Positions 37,061 through 46,030 of a stretch of 64,000 bases of DNA are shown one piece after another (the stretch's first letter is position 1; each line of letters opens with the position of its first letter). The notes below the pieces were generated by a model. That model made no database searches. It saw only the letters and a list, made by a program, of their open reading frames with translations, and was not told where the DNA came from. The position numbers were made by a program, and so were the translations under genes. The stretch comes from an uncultured Pseudomonadales bacterium. GTDB lineage: Bacteria; Patescibacteriota; Microgenomatia; UBA1400; PJMF01. Where the stretch lies: positions 2,529 through 66,528 of the forward strand of contig CAYOQI010000006.1 in the NCBI GenBank assembly GCA_964406075.1, in the 5' to 3' direction.

Positions 37061-37483
37061 ATGCAGTTAACGATTCATACTGATGGTGGTGCTCGAGGAA
37101 ATCCAGGTCCTTCTGCGATTGGAGTCGTGGTTCATGATGAAAAACTCAATATTGTTCATGAACATAAAGCTTTTTTAGGAACGAAAACTAACAACGAAGC
37201 GGAGTATGAGGCTCTACTGTATGCGACGGAGTGGCTGAGCCGATTTCAAACAACCCAGAGCGTTCAAAGATGCATTTTTTTGCTCGATTCCCTCCTCGTT
37301 GTTTCTCAGGTTAAAAGACAGTGGAAAGTAAAGGAAGCTCGTCTACTTTCCTATCAACAAAAAATAACTCAAATTTTTTCATCGCTTCCCTTCCCTTGTG
37401 AAATAAAACATGTTCCTAGAGAAGACAACTCTGAAGCTGATGCATTAGTCAATCAGTCTCTCGATGAGGCTACTCGAAATTAA
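37061..37483 (+). CDS. rnhA: Ribonuclease HI-family protein
   Basis: 'IHTDGGARGNPGPSAIGVVV', 'TNNEAEYEALLYA', 'REDNSEADALVN' (the DEDD catalytic residue blocks). Confidence 0.85.
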   Translation: MQLTIHTDGGARGNPGPSAIGVVVHDEKLNIVHEHKAFLGTKTNNEAEYEALLYATEWLSRFQTTQSVQRCIFLLDSLLVVSQVKRQWKVKEARLLSYQQKITQIFSSLPFPCEIKHVPREDNSEADALVNQSLDEATRN

Positions 37484-37593
37484 CGTACTTTACTTCCCTA
37501 CTTTCTCACTTAATCGGCCTGTTTTTACAGAAGTTTTCAAATGATTTCTGCTCCAGTATGATGGAGTATAGCCATTTTTGGACTAAATAGTTG

Positions 37594-37617
37594 TTTTAAT
37601 TGATATATCAATTAAAA
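37594..37617. repeat. 24-bp perfect palindrome TTTTAATTGATA|TATCAATTAAAA, 7 nt upstream of the DUF4012 gene start
   Basis: Read directly; both halves are exact reverse complements. Confidence 0.9.
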
Positions 37618-37624
37618 GATAGAA

Positions 37625-40486
37625 ATGAATCCCATTCAATCACATTCGCCAATCATCATTTTTACGGATACTTCAGAGATAAAACGAAGAGTATCTCAAA
37701 TGGTTTGGGAAAACAAAAAAATAGTTGTGCATGAATTTAGTAAACAATTTGATTTACGAATTGATTCCGATGTTAGTCAAGTGTGGTGGATAGATGATGC
37801 TCAAGAAGTGACGTTGGCAAAAGCGAAAAAATTTGTAAAGCTGACTAAAAAAGTAAATATCTTGAGTTATGTTGTTTTTCAGCAACCGTTTTTAAGTAGG
37901 GAAGCATCAGAGCGAAAGATAGGGGAGGAACTCAACATTGTTACCGAGTTTATAAAGCAAACTGCACCATACACCTCGTTAATCTTGTACAAAGGTATTT
38001 TTGAGGAAGGTTTTTTTTCATTTAAAAATCAAAACGGGGGAGTGAGTTTTGAATATGTGTTGAAGGAAGCGTTGGATGTTGGCAAATCTCCCAGAGGTGG
38101 AAAAAGAAAAATCATTACTCCAAAGAATTTCTCAATTGATGATATCCAATTTATTTCAGAATTTTCTCCAGTCTATCTGAAAGAAAATTTCAAAGTAGAG
38201 AAGAGCGTTCCTGAAGTCATCTCGCATAGCCATGTTGATATTGTTGACACACCTGAATCAAATCTACCTCGACCTGAATTTAAAAAAATAAAAATAATTC
38301 AGCCTGAACATCCGCCAGTCGCAGAAATCAAACAATCAGAAGTCTTACGAGTTCGGACGAATAAGCCAGTTTGGGGCGAGAAGGAAGTGCTTATTCCCAA
38401 GGCTACTCAACCAGATATTCACCGTTCTCGAGTTGTTTTACACTCGATCTCTGAAAAAGAAGTTGAGAAAAAGATAACACCTTGGCAGCAAGTTGGTGTA
38501 GATCACCCAGTTAAGGTAATTTCTACTCCAGTTGCACCTCAAGTTAATTCTCAGGCATTTGATAAAAAATTTACCAATCTTTTTCACCAAACCCTTCAAC
38601 CAGTTGAGGTAGATCACGAAGATCTAACCAAGAAGTTGCACATATTTGCTCAACCACATCCTCTCAAAACCAAAGTGGTATCAAAAGTGAAAAAAAGAAG
38701 GAAAGTCTTGTTCTATCTGTTTGTTTTCTGGCTACTTTCAATGGGTGTTTTGGGAAGTGTAGTGTTTGCGAACTCGTTTGGAAAGACAAATTTCGTCTAT
38801 TTCACTCAACATCTCCCAGTTAATGAATCAAAATCTCTTCGAGAAAGAGCCTATTTTAGCAGTATTGCATATCTTGATTCGACTCAGTGGATATTACACC
38901 CAGTGGTAAATGATGAGGAGGAAAAAAGCATTCAAAAACTGATCGAGGCCTCCAAAGCGCTAGAGGACTTCTTTATTGCACGAAGAAAAAGCAGTCAAAT
39001 TCTTTCTGAAGTAGGTCAAGAAGTCATGGGCTATACAGACGGTGATGTGTTTACTTCACTCGATGCATTTCCAGCACTGGCTGAAGAATCGTATAAAAAG
39101 CTGTCGACGCTCGAAACGTTGGTGAAAAATCCTGAGTACGATGATTTGTTATTTGGTCAAGATCGATCCACTTTTGTGAAGGAACTTACCTCACTCAGGA
39201 AATCACTTCGTATTCAGCAAGAAATTGTTCAAACTCTTCCAGAGCTACTCGGAAAAGATGGCAAAAGAATCTATTCGATTTTCCTTCAAGATTCACAGGA
39301 GTCTCGGCCAAGTGGTGGGAAATTGATGTCTATGGCAGTAGTGACGTTTGAAAAAGGGAAGCTGATTAATTATCAAATCGTTCCGTTAAGCGAAATGGCA
39401 GAACTTGAAGAGTTAGTTGATGCTCCGGAAGAAGTAAAACAATATTTGCAGTTAGAGCATTGGCCAATAAATGAAGCCAATTGGGAAGCGAGTTTTCCCC
39501 AAGTAGGGAAGCACATCACCTGGTATTTGGAAAAAGCCTTATCACAATCAATTGATGGAGTGATGGTGATTCCGTCTGTGAGTTTTAAAAACATTATTGG
39601 TCCGACTCATGGAATCAGTTTGCCTGAAACAGGAGAAGTGATTGATCAGAAAAACTTTCTCGAGAAAGTGCGATTTTATACTTTTCAAAAAAGAGCCAAC
39701 CCTGAGCCTGAGTTTATCGCGTTTCTAGAGAGTTTCTTCTCCCAATTAAAAACACTTGAATCAAGTAGTTTTGGTGAAGTGGTGGGGGAAACCTATCAAG
39801 AATTAGAGAAACATGAAGTGTCTGTGTATTTTAAAAATGAAGAACTACAGAGTATGAGTACGATGTTGGGGTGGTCTGGAGAGATTCTTACACCCAATTG
39901 TCCGGCCCAAATTGTGCAAGGAACATGCACAGTAAGCACTTTTTACGAAACAAGAACTAATATTGCGAAAAATAAAGTTAGCCTGGATGTGACAAAAACA
40001 GCAGTTTTTGACATCGATTTTCAACCCGAACAAACTATATCAAACTATGATTTTTCATATAAAAACATATCACAACAGATCAATTGGCCGGGAGGGGTGG
40101 CGCAAGAACTCATCCGTATCTATGTACCAAAAACAGTCCAACTCGAGGAATTACGTATCCAAGATGTCGTTTTAACCACCGATGAGTATGAAGAAGAAAT
40201 AGTGGGCGAAAATAAAAAAATTGAGTTTGTGGTGAATATTCCACCAGGAAGTGAAGTAACCGGCAGTATGAAGTATGTTCAGTCCAACGTAGAGCTTCCT
40301 TTTTCCTACTCATTTTTTGTCCAAAAACAGCCTGGAATTCTGCCTGTACCAACAAAGATCCGTTATCATTATGATCTACCGTTTTTACCCTCAGTCGTGG
40401 CGCCAGAAGCTACAATTTTAGATAAAGGGGCGGAGTTTGAATTATCAGGCGAAGATCATATCTTCACTGGAATAAAGTTTCGGTGA
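37625..40486 (+). CDS. DUF4012-domain membrane protein
   Basis: One central TM 'VLFYLFVFWLLSMGVLGSVVFA', then 'LLGKDGKRIYSIFLQDSQESRPSGGKLMSMAVVTFEKGKL' (DUF4012 hallmark ...N.E.R..GG... block). Confidence 0.7.
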   Translation: MNPIQSHSPIIIFTDTSEIKRRVSQMVWENKKIVVHEFSKQFDLRIDSDVSQVWWIDDAQEVTLAKAKKFVKLTKKVNILSYVVFQQPFLSREASERKIGEELNIVTEFIKQTAPYTSLILYKGIFEEGFFSFKNQNGGVSFEYVLKEALDVGKSPRGGKRKIITPKNFSIDDIQFISEFSPVYLKENFKVEKSVPEVISHSHVDIVDTPESNLPRPEFKKIKIIQPEHPPVAEIKQSEVLRVRTNKPVWGEKEVLIPKATQPDIHRSRVVLHSISEKEVEKKITPWQQVGVDHPVKVISTPVAPQVNSQAFDKKFTNLFHQTLQPVEVDHEDLTKKLHIFAQPHPLKTKVVSKVKKRRKVLFYLFVFWLLSMGVLGSVVFANSFGKTNFVYFTQHLPVNESKSLRERAYFSSIAYLDSTQWILHPVVNDEEEKSIQKLIEASKALEDFFIARRKSSQILSEVGQEVMGYTDGDVFTSLDAFPALAEESYKKLSTLETLVKNPEYDDLLFGQDRSTFVKELTSLRKSLRIQQEIVQTLPELLGKDGKRIYSIFLQDSQESRPSGGKLMSMAVVTFEKGKLINYQIVPLSEMAELEELVDAPEEVKQYLQLEHWPINEANWEASFPQVGKHITWYLEKALSQSIDGVMVIPSVSFKNIIGPTHGISLPETGEVIDQKNFLEKVRFYTFQKRANPEPEFIAFLESFFSQLKTLESSSFGEVVGETYQELEKHEVSVYFKNEELQSMSTMLGWSGEILTPNCPAQIVQGTCTVSTFYETRTNIAKNKVSLDVTKTAVFDIDFQPEQTISNYDFSYKNISQQINWPGGVAQELIRIYVPKTVQLEELRIQDVVLTTDEYEEEIVGENKKIEFVVNIPPGSEVTGSMKYVQSNVELPFSYSFFVQKQPGILPVPTKIRYHYDLPFLPSVVAPEATILDKGAEFELSGEDHIFTGIKFR

Positions 40487-40562
40487 TGCATTGAAATAAA
40501 AGTTGAACGAAGTACCTCTGTGAATTCACTGCTGAAATTTCACTTTCATTTCTCAAGATACT

Positions 40563-40571
40563 TGATATAAT
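40563..40571 (+). promoter_or_regulatory. Extended -10 promoter (TGATATAAT) for rplY
   Basis: 'cttGATATAATacc' about 55 nt upstream of ATG 40625. Confidence 0.4.
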
Positions 40572-40624
40572 ACCTGGATAATATTTTTCTTCGCTCGCTA
40601 TAATTACGTAAAGAAAGATCTCAT

Positions 40625-41299
40625 ATGACACAAGATAAATTTGAATTGAACGTCGCTCCTCGAATAATTTTAGGAAAAAAGACCAAAACTTTACGTGCTC
40701 AAGGATTTGTACCAGCCAACATTTTTGGTGAAGTCGAAAAATCTATTGCTATCTCTGTCTCTGGAAAAGAGTTCCAAACTCTCCTCAAGACAGCAAGTGA
40801 TAATAGTATTATTTACCTTCAAGTAGAAGGTGAGAAAAAAGCTCGACCAACATTGGTTGATGAAGTCGAAAAAAATCCATTGACTGGTTCCTACGTTCAT
40901 ATTAGTTTCCGTCAAGTAAACTTGAACGAAGCTGTAACTGCTGAAGTCCCAGTTGAGCTTATTGGAGAATTGGTTGTTGCAGAAGCAACAGCAACTGTTG
41001 TTCGTGAACAAATTGAAGTTGAAGCTTTACCAACTGACCTTCCAGAATCTTTCGAAATCGATCTATCAAAATTCACTGAAATTGGTCAAGAAGTGTTTGT
41101 CAAAGATCTTCAGTTCGATCGTTCTAAAGTAAAACTTTTAGTTGAGGAAGATGAGAAGGTATTGATGATTCAAGCGGTGGAACAGATGGAAGAAATTGAA
41201 GAAACTCCAGCTGAACCTCAAGAAGTGGAAACAACTGCTATGGGTAAGACTGAAACACCTGAAGGTGAAGAAGCCCCAGCAGAAGAGAAAAAAGAATAA
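40625..41299 (+). CDS. rplY: 50S ribosomal protein L25/Ctc form with an acidic C-terminal tail
   Basis: 'LNVAPRIILGKKTKTLRAQGFVPANIFG' and a two-domain length of ~224 aa. Confidence 0.85.
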   Translation: MTQDKFELNVAPRIILGKKTKTLRAQGFVPANIFGEVEKSIAISVSGKEFQTLLKTASDNSIIYLQVEGEKKARPTLVDEVEKNPLTGSYVHISFRQVNLNEAVTAEVPVELIGELVVAEATATVVREQIEVEALPTDLPESFEIDLSKFTEIGQEVFVKDLQFDRSKVKLLVEEDEKVLMIQAVEQMEEIEETPAEPQEVETTAMGKTETPEGEEAPAEEKKE

Positions 41300-41322
41300 C
41301 TTAACGAAAAAAATTAATAATC

Positions 41323-41352
41323 AAACAGGGCTTGCAAGAGTCCTGTTTTTTT
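41323..41352 (+). terminator. Rho-independent terminator after rplY
   Basis: Stem aaacagg/cctgttt, extendable inward, followed by a T-run (41346-41352). Confidence 0.65.
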
Positions 41353-41363
41353 ATAGAAAAATT

Positions 41364-41774
41364 TTAATTTGAGGCAGGGAAGTGAGGAGCAAAGTAGTTA
41401 GGATCAAGTTTTTTGGCCTCAGAAATAGCGGCTTTTGCCTTTTCGGGTTGGCCTAAAAACTCATAGAGTTGCGCTAAGTAGACATAAGCAACTCGACTAG
41501 GAATATCGGACGCAATTTTCTCCCATTTATTGACTTGTGAGAGTGTCCAATCAGAATTTCTTTGTTTTTGAAGATCGTAGTACTGTTTCTGAACGACTTG
41601 TTCTTGAATGATATTGTTTTTTATAGCAACAGCACTTGTGAAGAGAATCAGAAACAAGAGAAAAACAGCAACCGTTGTGGTGCCAACAAGTGACTTCAAA
41701 ACAAACGACAACACATCGAGAAGTAGTGTAAATATCAGTCGAACTCGCAAAAGAAGTAAGGAAATACTATCCAT
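41364..41774 (-). CDS. Membrane-anchored protein with a TPR-like C-terminal repeat
   Basis: TM 'TTVAVFLLFLILFTSAVAI' and 'AYVYLAQLYEFLGQPEKAKAAISEAKKLDPNY' (TPR-like). Confidence 0.5.
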   Translation of the reverse strand: MDSISLLLLRVRLIFTLLLDVLSFVLKSLVGTTTVAVFLLFLILFTSAVAIKNNIIQEQVVQKQYYDLQKQRNSDWTLSQVNKWEKIASDIPSRVAYVYLAQLYEFLGQPEKAKAAISEAKKLDPNYFAPHFPASN

Positions 41775-41828
41775 GGCTTATTGTAGCCATAAAAAACTAT
41801 TTCGGAACAAGATGTTGATGAGGAATGA

Positions 41829-44051
41829 TTACTTCGTTGGCCAGGCAGAAGAAATAAGTAACTCTTCATTTTCAATTAACTTAGCTTCTTTGAGTTCTTT
41901 CCAAACCGCTTCCGTGACGAACGGTAAAAACGGATGAAGCAGTTTTAAGAAAGTCGTTAAACCTCGAGTAATTGCGGCCCAAGACAACTCACCTTTTTTA
42001 GCTTGTTCAATACATTGATCACAAAACCAATGCCAGAACTCGTTGTAGACGGTTTCAGCAGCTAGACCAATCTTCAGATCATCGAGTTGTTTTGTTACTT
42101 TTTTAGTTACTTCTTCGAGATGTAAATAGAAATCTTGATCGGCAACATTTGGTTCTTGGCTCTTTGATTCAAGATCTTCGAGATTGGTGATAACAAATCG
42201 AGTTGCGTTCCAAATTTTATTCGAAAAGTTTCGCATGCCTTTAACTTTCATTTCTCCTACAGCTGAGTCACTCCCTGGTGTAGTGGACATGACGAGTGCC
42301 ATTCTCAGTGCATCGGCTCCATATTTTTCTACTAGATCTAAAGGATTAATAACATTGCCTTTACTTTTACTCATTTTTTGACCTTTTTCGTCTCGAACAA
42401 GTCCATGGAGATAGACATCTTTAAACGGAGTTTTTCCGGTCAAATAAATCCCAAGTAACATCATTCTCATCACCCAGAAGGGGAGAATGTCATAACCTGT
42501 TTCCATGACAGAAGTAGGGTAGAAGCGGTCAAAGTCGTTAACTTGATTTGTTTTTAATGTCACTACCGGCCACTGTCCAGAAGAGAACCATGTATCGAAG
42601 GTATCAGTTTCCTGAAGAAAATTTTCACCTGGGGAAGTAGTAGAAACAGTGAATGTTGCTTTTGACGGAGCAGTTAACTGTTGTAACCCTTTTTGAATTT
42701 CCTCAGTAGAAAAATCCTTTTGTAAATCTTTAATAACACCGGTCTGTGTCTCACCTTTTGTGTCAATAAAACGAATAACTAACTCAGGATTTTCTTCAAC
42801 TGAATACCACACTGGCATTCGGATTCCCCAGACAATTTGACGAGAAATATTCCAGTCTTTCAGATTTTCTAGCCAATGTCGCAGGATCTTATCTCGACCA
42901 GCTCCATGAATTCGCGTTTCCTTATTATCTAAAACTTCTAGTGTTTTTTCGACTAAAGGTTTGACTTTGATGAAAAATTGAGGCAAGGGAAGTGGTTCTA
43001 AAACGGTTCCACATCGATAACACACACCGATCGTATTGGTGTAATCTGTTTTAGTGGGTTGTGCTAATAATCCTTTTTCGGCTAAATCTTTCTCAATTTG
43101 TTCTCGAGATATTTTAACTTTCAAACCAGCGTATTTCCCAGCAACTTCTGTTAACTTCCCATCGAGCCCAATGACTTGCTTTGGCTCAGGCATTTCTTCT
43201 TTGTGACGTTGCCAGACTTCAAAGTCGTTAAAGTCGTGATATGGAGTAATCTTCACGACTCCAGTTCCAAACTCGCGATCAACATACTCATCTGCAACTA
43301 CTTTCATCTTGAATTTTCCCAGCAAGCCTTCGACTTCAATTTCTTGACCGATGTACTGTTTGTACCGATCATCTTCTGGATGAACAGCTACAGCAGTATC
43401 AGCAAACTTCGTTTCCGGTCGAGTAGTTGCTAACGTGAATGGTCCATACTTGAGGTAGTAAAGTTTTGAAGTTTGTTCAACGTGATTGACTTCCAATTCA
43501 GAGTAACTAGTACCGCACTTAGTGCAGAAATTAACAAGACGTAAATCGCGATACACCAATTCATTTTTATGTAGGTCTTGAAATGTATTCAACACAAATT
43601 CGACGATTTCAGGATTTAGCGTGAACTTAAATCTTGACCAATCCGCACTTGCACCGAGTCGTTTCATTTGATTTACCGCCACTCCGGAGTTTTCTTGCAC
43701 ATACTCCCAGATCATTTTGTAGAGGGTTTCTCGATCGAATTGAAAACGAGATTTGCCTTGTTTACTGAGTTTTTTCTCAAACACAAACTGTGTTTCAATC
43801 CCAGCGTGATCAGTACCTGGAATCCAAACCGTGTCATCACCTTTCATTCTGTGATAACGGATTAAAATATCCTCAAGTGCCACAAACATCGCATGACCGA
43901 TGTGAAGGGGATCATTAGCATTAGGTGGAGGCATGATGATAGAGAAGGAGGGTGATTTAGATTTCTGAGTATCTGGAGTAAATGCTTTAGCTTTTTCCCA
44001 AAGTTCATAGATTGGTTGTTCGTATTGGTTGTGGTTATAAGATTTTTCCAT
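41829..44051 (-). CDS. valS: Valyl-tRNA synthetase (short form)
   Basis: 'PPPNANDPLHIGHAM' (HIGH), 'WIPGTDHAGIETQ', 'KMSKSKGN' (KMSKS). The N-terminus is typical of ValRS. Confidence 0.9.
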   Translation of the reverse strand: MEKSYNHNQYEQPIYELWEKAKAFTPDTQKSKSPSFSIIMPPPNANDPLHIGHAMFVALEDILIRYHRMKGDDTVWIPGTDHAGIETQFVFEKKLSKQGKSRFQFDRETLYKMIWEYVQENSGVAVNQMKRLGASADWSRFKFTLNPEIVEFVLNTFQDLHKNELVYRDLRLVNFCTKCGTSYSELEVNHVEQTSKLYYLKYGPFTLATTRPETKFADTAVAVHPEDDRYKQYIGQEIEVEGLLGKFKMKVVADEYVDREFGTGVVKITPYHDFNDFEVWQRHKEEMPEPKQVIGLDGKLTEVAGKYAGLKVKISREQIEKDLAEKGLLAQPTKTDYTNTIGVCYRCGTVLEPLPLPQFFIKVKPLVEKTLEVLDNKETRIHGAGRDKILRHWLENLKDWNISRQIVWGIRMPVWYSVEENPELVIRFIDTKGETQTGVIKDLQKDFSTEEIQKGLQQLTAPSKATFTVSTTSPGENFLQETDTFDTWFSSGQWPVVTLKTNQVNDFDRFYPTSVMETGYDILPFWVMRMMLLGIYLTGKTPFKDVYLHGLVRDEKGQKMSKSKGNVINPLDLVEKYGADALRMALVMSTTPGSDSAVGEMKVKGMRNFSNKIWNATRFVITNLEDLESKSQEPNVADQDFYLHLEEVTKKVTKQLDDLKIGLAAETVYNEFWHWFCDQCIEQAKKGELSWAAITRGLTTFLKLLHPFLPFVTEAVWKELKEAKLIENEELLISSAWPTK

Positions 44052-44144
44052 AATTAAACGTCGTCCTGGAAGGTCAAGCCGAACACAATAATTTCATTTA
44101 AATTCATATAAGGCATGAATATTCAGGATCCCTCCTTTGATAAT

Positions 44145-44333
44145 AAAAAAACCTTTTGTATACAGACAATATATCTGCAGACAAAAGGTTTTTCTAATTG
44201 AATTTAGAAAAAGGTACCAACCTTTTTATTCTTAATTGTTGCTATTACGGGCATACCCGTTGAGGTCTACTTGCCAAAAAGGCGTTCTGCTCAAATTCCC
44301 ATAAAGGGATCGGTGACTAGCCGAATGCTTGTA
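44145..44333 (-). promoter_or_regulatory. T-box-like riboswitch leader of valS (antiterminator/terminator switch), candidate
   Basis: The minus strand reads AAAAGGU-UGGUACC-UUUUUCUAA-AUUCAA-UUAGAAAAA-CCUUUU. That is helix A1, a 7-8 nt bulge with UGGU, hairpin A2 and the A1 3' strand. The A1 3' strand is also the 5' arm of a strong terminator (AAAAACCUUUUGU ... ACAAAAGGUUUUUUU, plus coordinates 44145-44193). A small hairpin ACGGG-UAUG-CCCGU sits just upstream. A possible GUC (Val) specifier followed by A lies at 44317-44314. Confidence 0.55.
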
Positions 44334-44339
44334 CAATGC

Positions 44340-44348
44340 ATTATATCA
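44340..44348 (-). promoter_or_regulatory. Extended -10 promoter (TGATATAAT) driving the valS leader
   Basis: The minus strand reads 'aaaTGATATAATgcattg', about 290 nt upstream of the valS ATG. Confidence 0.45.
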
Positions 44349-44624
44349 TTTCGAAATTATCATTCGAAATGAAACTAAGGTTGTGCATTTAATAATTAGC
44401 CGATTTTGATGACCTTTGATGTCAGTACTCTGGAAAATAAGTTATTGTTTGTATCGAAATTCTTATTAAAGAGTTACACATGAGTGCTATTCCTTTAACT
44501 ATCAAGAAGAATGATCCCACTTCGCCAAAGGCTTCGTGGGACTAACCTAATTCAGTGATTTGTCTTATAAATACGCCAGTGCAATATATTATTTTTTCGT
44601 TGTAAAAGTCCGAGGAAGGAAAAT

Positions 44625-44984
44625 ATGTCAGATTCATTGCTTCATAAAAAATGCGTGCCGTGTGAAGGGGGAACAGAGCCACTCAAAAAAGAGGAAGAAG
44701 ATCTCTACTTTGAACAAACTCCCGATTGGACAGTTCTTCGTGAAGGCTCTCATCAATTAGTTCGAGAGTTTGAGTTTAAAAACTTTCGTGAAGTCTTAGA
44801 CGTGGTTGCCAAGATAGGAGAGATTGCTGAATCTGAAGGTCACCACCCAAATCTCTATATGCATGATTGGAAAAAATTAAAGGTGGAACTCACTACTCAT
44901 GCTATTGGAGGTTTATCTATTAATGATTTTATTCTTGCCGTGAAGATTGATGAGATGGTGAAAAAAGGTAGTGTAGAATTTTAA
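44625..44984 (+). CDS. phhB: Pterin-4a-carbinolamine dehydratase (PCD/DCoH family)
   Basis: 'FEFKNFREVLDVVAKIGEIAESEGHHPNLYMHDWKKLKVELTTHAIGGLSINDF' (the family's 'E.E.HHP' core). Confidence 0.8.
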   Translation: MSDSLLHKKCVPCEGGTEPLKKEEEDLYFEQTPDWTVLREGSHQLVREFEFKNFREVLDVVAKIGEIAESEGHHPNLYMHDWKKLKVELTTHAIGGLSINDFILAVKIDEMVKKGSVEF

Positions 44985-44987
44985 ACT

Positions 44988-45770
44988 ATGCAAAAAAATA
45001 CAGTTGAACTTGGTTGTGGTCTTATTGGTATAGGACGAGTATGGGGAGTTAAGGAGAGTCGGGTTCCTTCCGAACAAGAAGCTTTAACTTTTTTAAACGC
45101 AGCTCTAGCTCAATCTATACGTTTCTTTGATACAGCTCCCTCATATGGTCTAAGCGAAGAAAGACTTGGGAAGTGGTTAAAAACCTTAAATAAACAGCAA
45201 AGACAAGGGATTATAGTAGCTACAAAATTTGGAGAGCACTGGTCCAATGAGCGACAACAACCTTTTGTTTCCCATGAGTTTGATGTATTATCTGCGAGTT
45301 TAAATCAGAGCCTTTTGCGACTAGGGAAAATTGATGTTTTACAACTTCACAAGACGAACCCAACAGTGTTGAAAAATGATGGGGTAAAAAGGGCTCTAGA
45401 ATATGCCAAGGAAAAAGGCATTCAGCAATTTGGAGCTAGTGTTAGTGATGTTGAATCAGGTGAAATGGTTTGTGAAGACGATCGATTTACCTTAATTCAA
45501 TTACCGTTTAATCAGGAAAATACTATCTTCACTCCAATTATTCGGGAAGCTACTAGAAAAGGAAAATTGGTAGTTACTAATAGACCTTTTAATATGGGTG
45601 CTATGGTTAACAAAGAGGGAAATAAAACAAAAACTCTTTTAGAACAAGAAGCTTTTCAGTTTATTCTGACTCAATTTTTTAACGGCTTTATTCTAACGGG
45701 AACAAAATCACCAGATCATTTGAGGGAAAATATTGAGGCTTTTGATAAAGCAAAAGATTCAATATCTTAA
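44988..45770 (+). CDS. Aldo/keto reductase family oxidoreductase
   Basis: 'LGCGLIGIGRVWG', 'FFDTAPSYG', 'IDVLQLH'. Confidence 0.7.
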   Translation: MQKNTVELGCGLIGIGRVWGVKESRVPSEQEALTFLNAALAQSIRFFDTAPSYGLSEERLGKWLKTLNKQQRQGIIVATKFGEHWSNERQQPFVSHEFDVLSASLNQSLLRLGKIDVLQLHKTNPTVLKNDGVKRALEYAKEKGIQQFGASVSDVESGEMVCEDDRFTLIQLPFNQENTIFTPIIREATRKGKLVVTNRPFNMGAMVNKEGNKTKTLLEQEAFQFILTQFFNGFILTGTKSPDHLRENIEAFDKAKDSIS

Positions 45771-45788
45771 TGTCGGGGTGACACGACT
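45769..45788. repeat. 20-nt direct repeat copy (AATGTCGGGGTGACACGACT) duplicating the 3' end of tRNA-Pro; second copy at 45903-45922
   Basis: Identical 20-mers, 134 nt apart start to start. The second copy covers the last 16 nt of the tRNA plus 4 nt downstream. The first copy overlaps the aldo/keto reductase stop codon. Confidence 0.85.
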
Positions 45789-45906
45789 TACCCTCGTCAG
45801 ACTCAAATTTTTAAACTTTAATTTTTGAGTTCGTTTGATCGGGCACGAGTCGTCGTGTAATTACTATTTAAAATCTATTCTGACTTCATCAGAACCGATT
45901 TTAAAT

Positions 45907-45980
45907 GTCGGGGTGACACGACTCGAACGTGCGACCTCTTGCACCCCATGCAAGCGTTCTAGCCATCTGAACTACACCCC
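45907..45980 (-). tRNA. tRNA-Pro (anticodon GGG), no encoded CCA
   Basis: Minus strand: CGGGGTG-TA-GTTCAGATGGCTAGAAC-G-CTTGC-AT GGG GT-GCAAG-AGGTC-GCACG-TTCGAGT-CGTGT-CACCCCG-A. Hand-folded cloverleaf with a 7-bp acceptor stem, a TTCGAGT T-loop, G37, and the CGGGG 5' end typical of tRNA-Pro. Confidence 0.85.
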
Positions 45981-46000
45981 GGCTAATTAAATTCTCAAAT

Positions 46001-46030
46001 GAGAATGTTGAAATACTAACATTCTTTTTT
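46001..46030 (+). terminator. Hairpin plus T-run (intrinsic-terminator-like) beyond tRNA-Pro
   Basis: agaatgtt-gaaatact-aacattct followed by TTTTTTT. It would stop plus-strand read-through from the pcd/AKR operon. Confidence 0.5.

Noticed and set aside
44560-44760. 66-aa ORF overlapping the start of the pterin dehydratase gene
   Set aside because: It is out of frame with, and mostly inside, a gene that has a clear family signature.
45789-45902. Possible integrated mobile element between the tRNA-Pro direct repeats
   Set aside because: Only 114 nt lie between the repeats, with no ORF or integrase. It is reported as a scar or repeat, not as a mobile element.
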